64,000 nt of DNA from Ascidiella aspersa. Its lineage: Eukaryota. The translations under genes were made by a program, and so were the position numbers. Location: contig OZ004608.1 of NCBI GenBank assembly GCA_963924565.1, positions 26,412,001-26,476,000 of the forward strand, given 5' to 3'. Positions 50,109-64,000 of this stretch are shown in pieces (position 1 is the first letter of the stretch; every line of letters starts with the position of its first letter). Below the pieces are notes generated by a model that was not told where the DNA came from, did not search any database, and saw only the letters and a list, made by a program, of their open reading frames with translations.

Positions 50109-53100
50109 ATGAAGAAGAGAAGGGAACTTGATGCCCTTTTAGGTAAGATTTTATAACAGTGTTCAAAACAGGCATCTACTTTTAAAAAACACATTCACTT
50201 TAATTTAATTTCCATTATTATATAATGATGTGCTTTATAGTTGATCGGTCATTGTTTTTTAATATATAGCTGTGCCTTTCATGAAATTGTCATACAAAAA
50301 CGTTTGTTGTACTTTTTATAAAATACTTACTCTATTGTTTTACACAACTATAACTATATTTTTATTACATTAGTTGATCGAACCAGGGGTGGGTTGTACC
50401 AGCCAATGCATAGATCTACAATAAAATCTAATGGCTTCGGAAATTCCACCCATGGTGTTGAAGCCAGCTTTGCTCCTATGAAGCAATATGGAAATTATTC
50501 TAAACGGTAATGATTTTCTTGTTTGTTGTAGTAAATATATGTTATACTAAATTAAAAAAAATACATTGAATTATATGTTACATATGTTCCCGCTATACAA
50601 TCTTATTTAGCCTGCATTGTGCATGTTTCATAGTAAAATTGCTGTTTATTTGTTTTACAATTTGTGCGATAATTTGACAAATATTCTTATATTGCATTAT
50701 CTGAACCACTTGTAATAAAACAGTATTTTAAAGCAATTCCTTAAAACTTAATAGTGCAGTCTAAGTTGACTTTGTCTGCAATATTTTTACAGCAAATAGT
50801 GTGCTTGGTGTATTTATAAAACTGTTGGTGTATTTATAAAATTAGTTCTAAATGGCTACATTTAGTAATAAAAACAATTTTTCTGTTGTAAAAATTAAAC
50901 AGCTCCTGCTTTTTTTATCTTTTTTCCAAGAAACATGAGAGGTTCCCAACAGGATGCATATGGCTGCACGTCTAAAAAAGTATTTCACATATGTCTGCCA
51001 ACCTGTGTCCTGGCTTTACTTGCTGCCTGTGTTACAAGTTCTGTTGGAATTGTTTGGATGCAAGTACAACTAAAAGCTGACCTAGATCGCGTGCAAGATA
51101 GAATTTTTAAAAGTATATTTAATACTTGTATTATTAAAATATGTAAATACCTACAATTTTTTTTAAACAGGTTACTTTAAAGTTTGATAATTATAATAAA
51201 TATCATACCAATCTTTTGATGTTTTGGTTGGCCAAAAATGTATCTTAAATTTCTCCAATGGTCTCACAATATTATTTTTTGTAACTTTTTTACATATTTA
51301 ACTGTTGTTTGTTGAAAATTGCTTGGCATTCACCTGTATTTTAATCACTTGATTTAAGTGAACTTAAGTCACTTTAAATTGCTTAAATTAGTCTTTGGGG
51401 TAGTATGACTTGACCTAACTTAACCCATTTAGCCAAATTACTTAATTTTACTTGAGTCTTGTATGCAAATTATCTACATTTTTTTAATGTTTCAATGGAA
51501 AATATTTTTTATGTAATTTACTTGCTGTTTGTTTTGCTTTTAGTGTTTGCTATATAGGTTAATTTACTACTTTTAACCGTATTTTTTAAGCCAATGACAT
51601 GACTTGGAGTTGACAGACTGTACTGCAAAACTTAGATTGAGACTTGGCTGGGTATCCCATTTCTCTTACTGGGACTTGTTCTTATTTATTTAAAATAGCT
51701 TAGCTTAAGCCTAGTTATTTTTCTCATGATTGACTGGGATTTTATTACAACTCTTGTGACCACTGTTTAAATAAGTGCATCATACCAGAATGAATACATG
51801 TTTTAAGTTGAACGATGGAAATCAGACCAGCCATCCACGATAGCTGACTTGCAAAGCGCTGCCAATCAACTACAGCAAGATGTGGTGCAGCTTCAACAGT
51901 TTACAGAAGAAATTCCAATTATTAAATCTCAACTAAACTCTCTTAATATTAGGGTGTGTTGAATGGTACAAAATAACTTGTTGGTTTAAAAGTTTTCCCG
52001 TTGTTATTCCAACCCTATTCAGTAGGGATGCCTATACTGTACATTTTATTTTGATAACCTAGTTGTTAACCTAGTTTTATTTTTTTAATTACCTTTTGAT
52101 TTAAATCACAAAACTTGAATAAAAAATGCTATGCCAACTTTGTACTGGATTGTCACCGATGTCCCCTTAGTATTAAATGAGTGCCGATACTACCAATAGC
52201 ATATAGGCTCCTATTTGCTACTATCAGATATCAATACTATTTAGGTAATAATATATTTAATAAACCTAATGGTATTCATGCATTTGCTTTAGTTCAATAC
52301 TTAATATAATTATATTCTACCATTTTTTTTTTACAATTGTGCTGTTTTTACATAAAAGTGCAAAATTTTCATTGTGGGGATATATTTGTAAAAAAAGGCT
52401 AAAATCTTTTAAACCCAGTAATGTAAACAGCGGCATTTATCTTGTGTAATTTGTTGATGCTTTTGTAGAACTTGAATACTATTTTCATTTTTTTTTAAAT
52501 AAAGGTTTTTATCCTGTATTAAACACACAACAAAAAGTTGATTAATCATCAATGAATGAATGTGCATTTTGCTTGTATTGTTTAGATTGAAAAGCAGAAC
52601 GGCTTGGATTACTCACAAGTAATAACATCAATACAAAGCCAGATTGCTGACCTGCAAAATGTAAGCGTTACAATACCAATAAATTTATTGTATCCTAACT
52701 TGTTGAGTTTGTGACAACTTTAGTTTACTTTGCCATATGTTACTAGTGAACTAACTTACTAGCACTCTGTCTGGTACAATTTTAGTCTTAATTTTTCTAA
52801 TCTTGTTAAAATTGTGCTTTCCTTCTTATACATAAAATGTGACAATAAACCTTTGCTCCAGGGTGTGATTGATACCAGCACTAAAATATCCAATTTACGT
52901 CAGTCTGTGCAAGAATTGGAAACTGCTAATCGAATTACTGATTCCAAAACTAGTCAATTGTTTCAAGACCTTGAACAAAATCTTGTCAAGAAAAGTGAAG
53001 AGGTATATCGTATAGCACAACAAATTGAAATAAATTAATGTGTTTTAAACAGAGTTGCTAAAACGACTAAACCTTGCATAACATTGGCATTAACCTAATG

Positions 53101-55487
53101 AACACCTATTGTTACAACCAATTACTGTTATTTGAAAGAATACATAAAGAAATATTGATTTTTGATTTCCAATACCAGGCAAAAAATGATGAAACATCTG
53201 CTGAAAAACAAAGAATTGATAGCATTGTGTTGAAGATGGACAAGGTTTTTAAAATGCTTTTCTAATTTGTTTTTAAATTGTATAATATTTTTTATTAGGT
53301 AATGTGAAAAAGTCACACAAGAATTTATTGTTACAGCACCGTAGCACGGTAAATATATGCACTAAAAAGTTTGTTGTCTTTTATCTTTCTTTTTTTAATT
53401 TCTTAAAACAAGTTAGTGTGAACTGACAGTCGATAGCTTACGTTTTGTGCAGCCTGATGCAACGCGTTGTTTTCATTGTAGATTGAACAGACTGTTGAGG
53501 AGGTTGGTGTGTTAAAGCAAAGAGTGACGTCGATTGACGAGAAACAAGTGACGTTTGAGAAACACGTGGAAACAATGACGCAGGTCGGTGCTATGATTTA
53601 GGTGCGGATGATGTTTACACTGCTCTTTAAATAAGTTTAAATAAGATTATTATTTTTTGCTGCAAATGTTTCATACAGAAGCAAAGCGTATAACCTTTCT
53701 TACAGTATCTTATAAATAATGTTCTGGAAATTTTTTTTTTTTTTTTTTATATTTAAGATTTTATTTAACATCACAACAAGACTCGCCCTAATTGAATTTT
53801 AATTAAAATTAACCTTTTCTTGAGGAGTGTTTTTCGTCGGGTGATTTGCAATTTACTGCAATCGTTTTTGCGCCCAATATTGTGTATTTGATGAAACTCC
53901 ATATGTGATTACATGCTGTTACTGAGAAATGCTGAAAGTAATTTTAAATCAAATTTTAAGGCAAAACCATATATTTTCGTTACCTACGTTTCGTAGGTAC
54001 GCCGCCTGTGGTTGTGTTTTATTTTTTACCAAAAAGGTTCGTAGGTAATTTTAAATAAAGTATAAATTTGGAAGGCGTGTTTTTGCACAAATCGAGAAAT
54101 ATGATATGTACGAAATTAAAAACAAAGAGAACTACTTTCTTCCTTATTGTTAGTTTACTAGTTACGGATATCCGATATTATCAGAGCAACTATATGCCAT
54201 GTCGTCGTATTGATACTAATTTCTTACCAGAGTACTTCTTCGTTCTCTATCGCGCAATTCCCAATTTTATTTCGTCACTTATGCCATGGTTAGCAAACCA
54301 ACGCTATGTTTTCTGCGCATAAACTTGCTTTAGTAAAAACTGTAAGCTGGAAGTTCATCACCACCGATATTTGTGGCTCAAAATACTTTACATGTGTTAA
54401 TTGTAGCGGTTTTCTTTATTGGAACCAGGTAAACAAAAAAACGAAAAAAAAATGCTAAAAAAAACAGATATCCGGCCGTAGATTTTTGCTTTATCCAGGC
54501 CAAAAATAAAATTTACTGCAGGAGCTCAAGTCGCTGAACGTTAGCGTTTCGACTCTGAAAAGTGACGGCGCCGCATTCGGAACTCGCCTTTCCCAAGCCG
54601 AGCGTTCCCTTCTGCAGTTGCGTAAGCAGCAGTCGCCAAAATATGAGCAGCAAGCAGGGGATCAAAAAACAACAGGCGAAGAACCGCAGCACAAGGCTCA
54701 CCAACAGCCTATGTCTGCCGAACAGCAGCTTGGAGTTAAATCAAACAAGCCGACGCCGTCTTCGGGTCGCCTGGAGCCGTCGCACAATTCGTCGCCGCCG
54801 GATGCGGACGCTGTAAACCCTGCCGATCGCCATACGCCTCCCGAGGTACATCCTTCGCACGGCACAGGAGTCCGCATGGGAGACACCACTACCTCTTTCA
54901 CAGAACTGCCAACCGGCAAGCAGCGTCAGCAAGACGCACTGCGCACAAACGGTACGTTATCGTTTTACTTCTTACTAGAGATAGACCGATAATATTGGCC
55001 GATATTTGGCTTTTATCGATATATCGGTATCGGTAAATGTGGGCCGATACTTTGGCCGATATTTTAGTACAACAAACAACATAATTTTAATAAAAAAAAG
55101 GTTTTTATGCCAAGTTAACATACAAAATAATAGTAATTTTAATAATTAATAAAGGTAATAAAACGTTATTTGGTTTTCATTTTCAATTAATTCAAGTTTT
55201 GATCATTTCCTAGGATACAGTGCATAAAAAAATCAGTATCGGGTATCGGTTGACAAAATTGTAGAAAAGTTGGTATTGGTATCAGTATCGGTCTAAAAAA
55301 GTGATATCGGTCGATCTCTACTTCTTGCCTTTAATGAACAGGGCGTCTTGGTGACCGGGCGTTGTTTAACCTGTTGGCGATACAACTTCAGTTATGGTCT
55401 GTCGTGCCGCCGTTGCTTACTGCGTGTTTTATGGTGTTTTTACTTTTTAAAAGAGATTTATTGTCGAAAATACTTTTGTACCAATAG
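50109..55487 (+). CDS. EFCAB14: EFCAB14-like single-pass coiled-coil protein (3' end uncertain, no EF-hand seen)
   Basis: MKKRRELDALL... and FHICLPTCVLALLAACVTSSVGIVWMQVQLKADLD match recalled EFCAB14 MKKRKELNALI...ICYPLCGFVILAACVVACVGLVWMQVALKEDLD. Exons run to 54951, with a tentative last exon at 55342-55487. Confidence 0.8.
54976..55320. mobile_element. hAT-type MITE (CCGATA subterminal family)
   Basis: TIR TAGAGATAGACCGAT...ATCGGTCGATCTCTA, TSD cttcttac / cttcttgc. Confidence 0.82.
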
Positions 55488-57267
55488 ACTCAGTGGGCTA
55501 GTATTTTTTTATATCGGCTCAATTTTTCTGGTTTTAATCTAGATCTGTTTTTATTGGGTTTGGAGTCTGGTTTATTTTTGATCACGACGGTTTTTAGGAC
55601 GAATTTCTTTTTAGCTATGTGTGATCGGTTCAACGGGTTCAAGTGGGCAAAAAAACGCCTGGTATAGTTGGCCGTGGGCCATGCGTTATTGCCAGTGCGG
55701 TTGCAGTAAGCCGTTTGCAAAGTGTCATTCATTTACAGCGCTGTTGTAAATCGAAACTACCCATATAGACGTAACAGGCCTGATCGTTAAAACAATTTGA
55801 TTTGTTATACAACCTTCCAACGGAAGGCTAGACACGTTTTCGGGTGAGAAGAGATGTGACCTAAAATCATCTAATTAAATACCTCAATTTCAATTGCCAG
55901 ACGTCCTTAATCGTTGCACATTGGAGGTTTAGTTAGACTTTTGCAAGAACATATTTTAACACCCTAAATGTAGGTCAGCCTCATGCAAACCAGGCCAGCG
56001 CTTCGCATATATTCTTTAAGTGAATTTGAGGATAAAATTTGGTGTATTTGCCTATATATTTTCCTGGTGCGTTTTAAATTTTGCTCTAGTTCTATTTTGA
56101 TGAAACTGAGAAAACTATGATCTTAGTTTTTTTTTTAAAACAATCATCAAAGCTAAAATTTATTTTGTTGCCGCTAGGCTGCGCTAGTCATCCTCGTAAT
56201 CTTATGATCACGCGTCTAGTGGCATTTGTGCATCAATTAAAACACTTTTCGAACCGCTAGTAGGCGCCCTTTGTCCACTGGTTGTTTAACTAAACTGCGT
56301 TGGTAACTGAAACATGAAATTTAATACTGACAACGTTTGTAATCACAATTTCGCAAGCTTTTGTTTCTTCGTAAATATTCAGTTACAAAGCGCCGATGCA
56401 CTTTTTATGAACCCTCTATAAATAGGTCGACTCCCGGTCATTTCAATCCCTTTTTATTGGCTAGAATTTTGGGTCAAGAAATCTGGCTTGAAACGTAGAC
56501 CCCATGCCAGTATTATGTGTGTCTGTAAACGTAAAATAAGCGCCTATGGACAGGAAACTTTTTGCTTTTGTGTTGCGCAACTTTAATCGATTGTCTTAAA
56601 GGAATAAAACGACACGATAAAGTTGCTGCCATAAATAACCTAAACAGTTTTACACAAAGCATCTGGCCTTCCAATCTGGTGCTATCAACAAGAAGTAGAT
56701 CAATCATGTGTGGTCTAAATTTGTGACTGATTTGCCTGTTGCAACTCCTAGACCTTAATTTGGAAAGCTTGTCAATTTTCGTCGACGCTCTTCTGACTTC
56801 AAAAATGCCTGTAAATACCTTTTTTCCGGCGGACTGATGCCTGTTCTTTTTTAAACGTGCTTGATTTGTGTCATTTACGTTATGTAGTGCTTGGCCTTGT
56901 TCCTTTTTTGACACGCCTCTGTAAATTTACGTATAACGCGAGCTTCTTTGTCATTACCCTTTCACGCACATAAGAGTCCAAAAATATAGCGTGAAAGTTT
57001 CGTATCATTTTAACAGCAGAACCGAAAAATAACATTCAGAGTAGTGTGTTGTACATATACATCTATTCGCAAACTGTCACAACTGTCTACGAATAGTTAT
57101 TTGTAGTGCTGCTTTGCCATGGACAGTTGTTTAAGCATTAGCAAGCAAAAAGACGCCGTATGTTGAGTACGGCTGTAAAAAACTCCACACGAGTAATAAT
57201 CACCAGACGAAAAATAACACAAAGACTTCGTATAGTGGGAGTTTTTATTAAAGCCAGGACTACTGAT

Positions 57268-57598
57268 GGAAGTGGCCGATATTCAGCTACTACTGATATA
57301 TCGGTATCAGTAAATTTTGTCCGATCTATTTGCCGATATTTTACCACGAAAATATTATATAGCTTTTCCTTAAAAACAAACCAACTTGCTATTGTTTTGC
57401 ACTTGGAAATTTGTCCCTTGCTGGCTTGCTTATAGTTTTGGTTTACTGTGGTTAGCATCATTGTGGTATGATTAAATGGGTAGAGAAACTAGATATAATT
57501 TTATATGTTTAATGAATTCAAATTATTATCATATTTAAATAACCTTAAAAATAGGTGATCGGTAGCGGTCCAAGGCAGTGATATCGGCCGACCTTCCT
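57268..57598. mobile_element. Degenerate CCGATA-family MITE
   Basis: GGAAGTGGCCGATAT...ATATCGGCCGACCTTCC inverted ends with repeated CCGATA / TATCGG. Confidence 0.6.
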
Positions 57599-60500
57599 TT
57601 TTACCAACACAGCCAAAAATTTGAGCTCCTTGTTCTATGCGGCATTAGAAGCCAAACCCTTTATCCTGATAATTTGTTTTTGCCGACCAGACCCGGGCGA
57701 CAGTAAAGCTCCCCTGCTTCCGTTCCTTTTCACGTAATCGACCACGATTTGTTGTTGTTTGTGTCACTTTCCCCAGTCGCGTCGTGCGCCGCATTGAGCG
57801 CCCTTTCTCGGCAAGCTTCCAACCAGTGTTGATGTTGTTTAGGTGCTGCGCTACGCTCGTCGAAAGACAGCAGCAACTTGGGCAACAACAGCGAAGACCC
57901 AGTCCGCGCAACACAACCTACCGAGAGGTAGTCGACGTGTGTCACCGTAACCTTCCACAACCTCCAGCGCTTGCTATGCATCAACCGCGTTTTACGACTT
58001 GCAAATTGATGTGAGGTGTTGAAAAACGTGTTCCAAGTGTGTTTAAGTTTTTCACATCGCCGTGCCACGTTGGGAAAATTTCTGCTGCATTTTGGTTGAT
58101 TTTTTTTGGGTGATTTCGTCTTGTGTGCGATGACACGACCATTTCTAAACGCGCGCGCGTCACTACTCACTAATGCAGTAGACGGAAGTTCCGATTTAAA
58201 ATTCTGCCTACAATGTTCCCAGCATATGAAACTCGGGGATTTTCGGCTGCATGACAGCATAACAATACGCAAATTTAAATGCCTTAACACAGTGTTCGCG
58301 ACTTAAAAATCCTCGGGTAATCCAACGATCGGCTTTGCGTATAGAGTTACCGACCTGGAAAACTGATCTGTATAATTTGCGCCTAAGTTTTTTTAGTTTT
58401 TTTTATAATGCAAATTGTTCATTATTTTTCTAACGTTTATTCAATTTTAAATGAACATAAGATTATCGCATTAAAACTCAATTTAGTGTGGTGGTCTAAG
58501 ATAGATAGTTAAAAAATATTATTTAAGATAGAAAAATAAACCAACTGAAATAAACCCAACTGAAATCCTCTTTCTTGAATGTAGGTTTACACTTGTTTGA
58601 AGGGCAAAAATAAACCAAAAAATATGGTACGTAGGGGGCGCATTCAAAGGTTAGCGGGCCTTATGTTGTGAAGGTCTGAGTAAGAATCTCACAATTTTCA
58701 ACTTATTTCGGGTTAAGGTGGTGGCACGAAGCTGGGTAACTGCTATCTGGGGGATTTTACAACGAGCCCGTTGGCTTGCGCCTTCGCCTAGGAAAGTCTC
58801 GAACCCGCTTTACCTTCAATTTTTTCGTCGTGGAACCAGAAGCGTGCCCATTTGACCTCGGGCCCTTAGTTCCATGACGTCATGCCTTGTTCGGTGTGGC
58901 CAAGGCGGTCAAGCGGGGTCGCTCGTTAAAAAATAATTTAAATGTTTCCTTTACCGGCAATCGCCCGCTATCAGGGCTCCAAAGTGTTTTGGTTTCCTTC
59001 GAAAAGCCAGCGATACAGTTCGGGTTGGGAGAAACGCGATTTCGCTTTGTAAACTGGCCCCTTTGATGCGCGCCCCCTCTCAATTACGGCCATTTACTTT
59101 TTTTCGTTTGACCGTCTGAAAATGAGGGGCGTGACCGTCGTGTTTATAAAATACTGTAAATGCTGGAATCGCCGTGAAGCGATATCTTGCCTGATTCGAC
59201 TTTCTTAATTTATTTTTTTATACCACCGACAATAGTACCGTTTACGAGTTCGCTTCCTTGGGAATAACATCGCGTACGACTAATGATTTATCCAACAAAC
59301 GACCGCTGTTCAGCCGTTGAATCCTGTACTTTGTAGTGTGAAACGAAATCCTCTGTACTTGCGAAATTTTTGACCTTTGAACATGTTTTCCCTGTTGTTT
59401 TTTACGAGCGCAGTTTTTTTCTAATCGCTTTGCCGCGTAACGTCGCCATCACCATCGTCACTGCGGAAGTGCCAGAGTTGGACTTTCCACCTTCGCTGAG
59501 CGCGCTTTTACTGTTTTAACTCTTTCAGGCAAGGTTGACCACTTGTACATTTCACGCCGCATCAGTATTATACTGCGAGTCGTACTTTTTACGACAAGCT
59601 TTCTTCCGTCGATTGCGTTACATTTTTGTTCTCTTTTTTACAAGCTGTACTCTTTCTTAGTGGTTTTAGCAGCCCCCAGTGTTTAACTTTGGACTATAAT
59701 CTTTGTTTGTTATATGGGTAAACAACATAGGTGGTGGCCGATTATTTAGTTATATTGCGTGTTAGTGTTATGGCGTGCATATAGGTATATTTTATGAAAT
59801 GAATCTCGCCTAGCAGCGTATTTCTCATTTTCGGTATATACTTTTACGGCGCCCGGGAAAGATTACCATTTTCAGGGTATTATTATATGGAAGTAACAGT
59901 ATGCTTTGTTTAGGGAATTTTTGAAGGGCCTTTAGCAATGCAATTTAATGTAAACAAAATACTAATAGGTAAACCAGATAACTTTTTCCAAAGCCTTCAA
60001 CCATACATCATGTGAAAACAAGTGTCGGCAACCTACATAAATTATCCGGCCTGCAAGCTCTTTCTCAATTTGGCGATCAAAAGCTTTATTTGTGCAAGAA
60101 TTACTCTACTAAACCATTATGATTTCATGGAGATACTTCGTTTGCTTTTGATATTTTATATTAGTTTGCCATTGTCTACTTCAGTCACGCAACTTCTGTT
60201 AAGTTAATGCTAGCAATTAAGCACATGTTTTTATAATATTTTTTACACTATTATATTTATTTTAAAATAATACGACGCCCGCTGTAACCTTGTTTAGTTT
60301 GGGTTTGAGTTCCACTAGGAAAAGGTTGCCGAGCTGAAACTATTATAAAAAATGTGTAGTGCGCATTCACGTTGCTTCCTATCACAGTTAAAGTGTGGGC
60401 CTACAACTACATTTGCTTAGATCTAAACGGGACAGGCTTGTCATGGACTTGATCGTTTTATATTTAGAACTTACACTTGCCCACACGGAAACACTCTAAT

Positions 60501-63500
60501 CTACAATCCAAAAATCGAAATCGGGTGAATCGCGTTTAGACTTTTATATTGTGGTCCAAATGATTTATTACATATGTGCATTTACTTTTAAGTTAACAGC
60601 ATATATCGTTTACAGTCTCTGTACTGTGCCGTTTCCACCCTTCGTCTGCCGGCTTGGTCGGTCGAAAAAAGAATCCTTACTTGCAAAATTGGCATCAAAC
60701 AGGTTAAACTAGCGTGACCTGTTCGCTTTTCAGCAGCTTGTTGGCTACTTAGCGCCCTAGCCATAATAGAAACGCTAGGAGTCCCTCCTGTTGTAGTCGG
60801 TTGGCAAACGAATCGTAATCTTGTCGACGGCCTTGTTGCCCGTTGGGCCGCATTATGATTCACCTACACAGCTATCGTTTGGACGAGCGTCGAGCGCATT
60901 GTTGCGCCCTTGAGGTTATTGGAGGCCCCTGAATCGATAGATGTACGCCGATCACCGAAATCGACATGACAGCCATCAAAAAGCGTCTCCTGCAATGGCG
61001 CTCGAAAAGTGTCGCAGTAGAAACGTGCGTGCGTGCGCTATTTTGACGAGTTTTTGTTTTGAAACCTGCGATACCGGAACGTATTTTGAGTAATTATAGG
61101 CAATTCTAGTCCCCCATTCGATTATTTTTAGCGCGTCGCAAAATTTGCATTTATAATCGTGTTTTTTACGACAAACGCTGGGAATTTATTTGTATTTAAA
61201 TTACCAACGGTGTTAATATGACGAACAAAGTTTACCAGTTTGATACTTAGAGCGAGTATTTCGTCTAGAAAAAATTATAAAAATTTGCTCTTATTACAGA
61301 ATTGTTCTTATAAGTGTTTATGCTACAAATTACAAAACAAAAAGTTTTTTTTCCTGTTTTTACTTTGCTTTTCCTTTTTCCCCTCTTTTCTTTGTTAGCC
61401 GCGGATAACACTCAAGCATGACACGGACCTCGCCAGGCACTCGGAATACATCGCGTTGTGCATGCGAAACGCGCGTGTGGGCAGCGGCAGGCAGGTATAT
61501 AGAAGATAATTTGCGCTGCGCCGCTTCCGCCGTTTGTAATCGAGTGCTCAGATATCCGCTGTTGTCCCCGCGCGCGTTGCATTGTGGGTGTCTTGTTTTT
61601 GCTGACGCTCGCTTCCGATTTAACGTTCGCCCACCATCGCGGACTTTTCCCCGACACCACCAACGCTTGGGTTTTTCCTCTCGAGAACCCAGCGCTCTAC
61701 TCCATTTCTCTACAGATTAAAGTATGCTGTTTTTTCGTGTTTGTTCCATAAAATCCGCCTGATTTTACCGCGAGGTTAGCAATAATGTAGACTTTTATAC
61801 AACTGGCGGATTTTCGCTGTATTGTGTTTTCATGTTCCCTATCGTTAGCAATAAGTCCGTACTGCGGATTTACTCTTTTTCTCCTTTTGTCTGTGCGTAG
61901 ATTTTTGGGGTTATTGTGTTTTTCGTTTTGTCGTCGTAGCAGGCTGTAAATCATTGCCAAGTTGCCGCGAATAAATCTTTTTTCGTTGCGCGATCAGACT
62001 GGAAACGAAATATTAGATTAGTCGGGAATGACGTCATTGTGAGTTTTTTTTACCCCCATTGGACACGTTTTCTATAAAAATACGCCCCCGTTTTGTGAAT
62101 CACTTTACAAACAAACACTGGTCCACTCGCGTTGTCAATAGTCGTTTATGGTTGCTCGAACCTGTTCAAAAATACTGTAACCCATAGACCTCTAATTCGA
62201 AACTCAAAACTTGAGTTTTTGGAATTCCTAGCATAGTTGTTTTGGTCCATTACCTGAAAGATCCCCTCATTTTGAGCGAGTAGTATGCATTGTGGTTTTG
62301 GTTAGGGAACACGCAGTTTAATAAAAAAAAATGCGCAACACTATAGGAGCAGTTCTTTAACTGGGGAGCAGTTCTCAGTTACAGAATAGAGAAAGGTTAA
62401 ACTTTTTTAACTTAAAAAGTAATCACTAAAAATAAGACGAAAAATCGAATTGTATTGATCAACTGGCCAATAGAAAACAGCATGCGAAGGCTTATTACCA
62501 CGTCGTGCGTCATTAAATGGGTGTAATACCAACATCAACCTAAATATCAAAACTGTTTACGCGCTCCAGAACGAGAAAGCGTTTAACAGGAATCGGTATA
62601 CTCGACAAACTGCTGTTGACACTGCACGTTGAGCCACAGATTGCTTCCTCAATTGACGCGGTTCGCCAATTGCCAAGCTACCAAACCTTGGGCCGTTACT
62701 TCTCGCGACAACAACAAGATGCTAACGAGCGTTGGCGTAATCCAATCGCTTACGAACAAACAACCGCTCGCGGCCCAACGGCAGCCTATCGCCCAACTCA
62801 TCGCCAGCATCACTCAAAGTGCTTTACTTTGGTCAACCGAGGTCAATTTTACCTTACCTGTCTCTGGAGCCCTGCAACCGCAGCCGAGATCGTAAACCGG
62901 CGTTACGGGCTCCCGAACTTGCTGACACATCGCTCAGGTATATTGACGTCGGGCCTGGTGTCGGGGCAGCCGGGGTCAGCACACAAACAACTTTTTCATC
63001 GCACTTTATTGGTTTCTTGTCGACTTGCCTGATCCAGCTCGACCTGTGTAGGCGAGCTGAAATAGCACCACGCGCGATATACAACCGAAAAGCCCGCGAG
63101 TCCTCCTCTGTTGCGTGTCATGTTGTTCTACCGCATTTAGAGAGACTCTATACAAATGCGCTGGCCTTGCTAATTTTGGAATGTTCAAAATATTCTTAGG
63201 CTAGTTGGCATTCCTAAGGTGCCAAATAACCCGTTAATCGTGCGACTGAGGCTTCGTCAGGCGTAGTTGGGTTTCCGTTATTTGACATATCACGCTTTCG
63301 GATTCCACCTGACCCAATGCCCATGACCTCAGCTCAACAGCGCATATAGTTATACAATCCTCTATTTCACACCAGTTCCGGTGTGTGTTTTGTTCTCAAT
63401 GCGGGTTGAATTTTGTGGCTCGGTTCTCGCTTCCAGTCCCCATTGTGCGAGGAGTGTGGAGAAAAAGCCTTAACTCTTAGTCGATCCGCGAACCAATATT

Positions 63501-64000
63501 TGAAGGACCTCGGGTGTTGATTGCCCCTCGGCGCGCTTTGTTTGCCCAACCCACCTAAACCAGAGCGGTTTCCCTATAAAGCGGCCCGCGGCCCGCCGCC
63601 AAATTCCGCGAGTTGGACATTTGTTTATCCCAGACAGGACAGCCTTCGGAGAGAGAAAACATTTTCTTTAGACTGTTGGCTTGTAACTGTTGCGTGTAAA
63701 CGAGCGCTTGTTTGTTTCATGTTTCATAACCGTCGAGGAGTCGCGCCTCTGGTATTGATTTTACGCCGATGTGAACAAATGTCAAAATACCTCCACCTTT
63801 TGATTTAAGTATTGCCTTAGCGTAATTATTGAATCCTGACGTTTAAAGTGAACTGCGAGATTATAAGCCTTATAAGCTGATCGACAACTATTGGCGCAGA
63901 ATAATTAAGCAAATCTAAGTGTATTTTAGAATTTACAATGCTTTCCGCGACATAATTACCTCCAATTGCGTCAGCTGACATTAAATTAGTGGTCGCACGC

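Noticed and set aside
57645-58306. Cluster of overlapping ORFs in a GC-richer patch
   Set aside because: No recognisable domain or consistent splice structure.
62616-63199. ORFs of 76-138 aa, a minus-strand CAG|GTAAGG donor near 62858 and a Walker-A-like GRAGSGKST
   Set aside because: No family resemblance, the P-loop-like motif is followed by a stop within four codons, and no partner exon was found. It cannot be supported without transcripts.

Overview
Eukaryotic, intron-containing, AT-rich animal DNA. Compact genes, chordate-type orthologues and dense hAT-type MITEs suggest an invertebrate chordate such as an ascidian (inference). Gene order: UBXN4 5' half (-), with a truncated LINE in intron 1 and a U12-type intron; a ~1770-aa two-exon mosaic surface protein (+) with a mannose-receptor-type CysR(ricin)-FN2 head, repeated FN2-TSP1-kringle cassettes and a GPI-like tail; a Penelope-like element folded into a 360-bp inverted repeat with minimal hammerhead ribozymes; calreticulin (-); a MITE-rich spacer; GADD45GIP1 (-) and MED31 (-), possibly an operon; ZSWIM2 (+); EPS15-like (-) with an apparently eroded first EH domain; EFCAB14-like (+); and ~8 kb of CpG-rich DNA with no recognisable gene. 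The mosaic receptor-like gene is the strongest novelty candidate. All gene models were spliced by eye, gene names come from recalled protein sequences, and no database searches were run.
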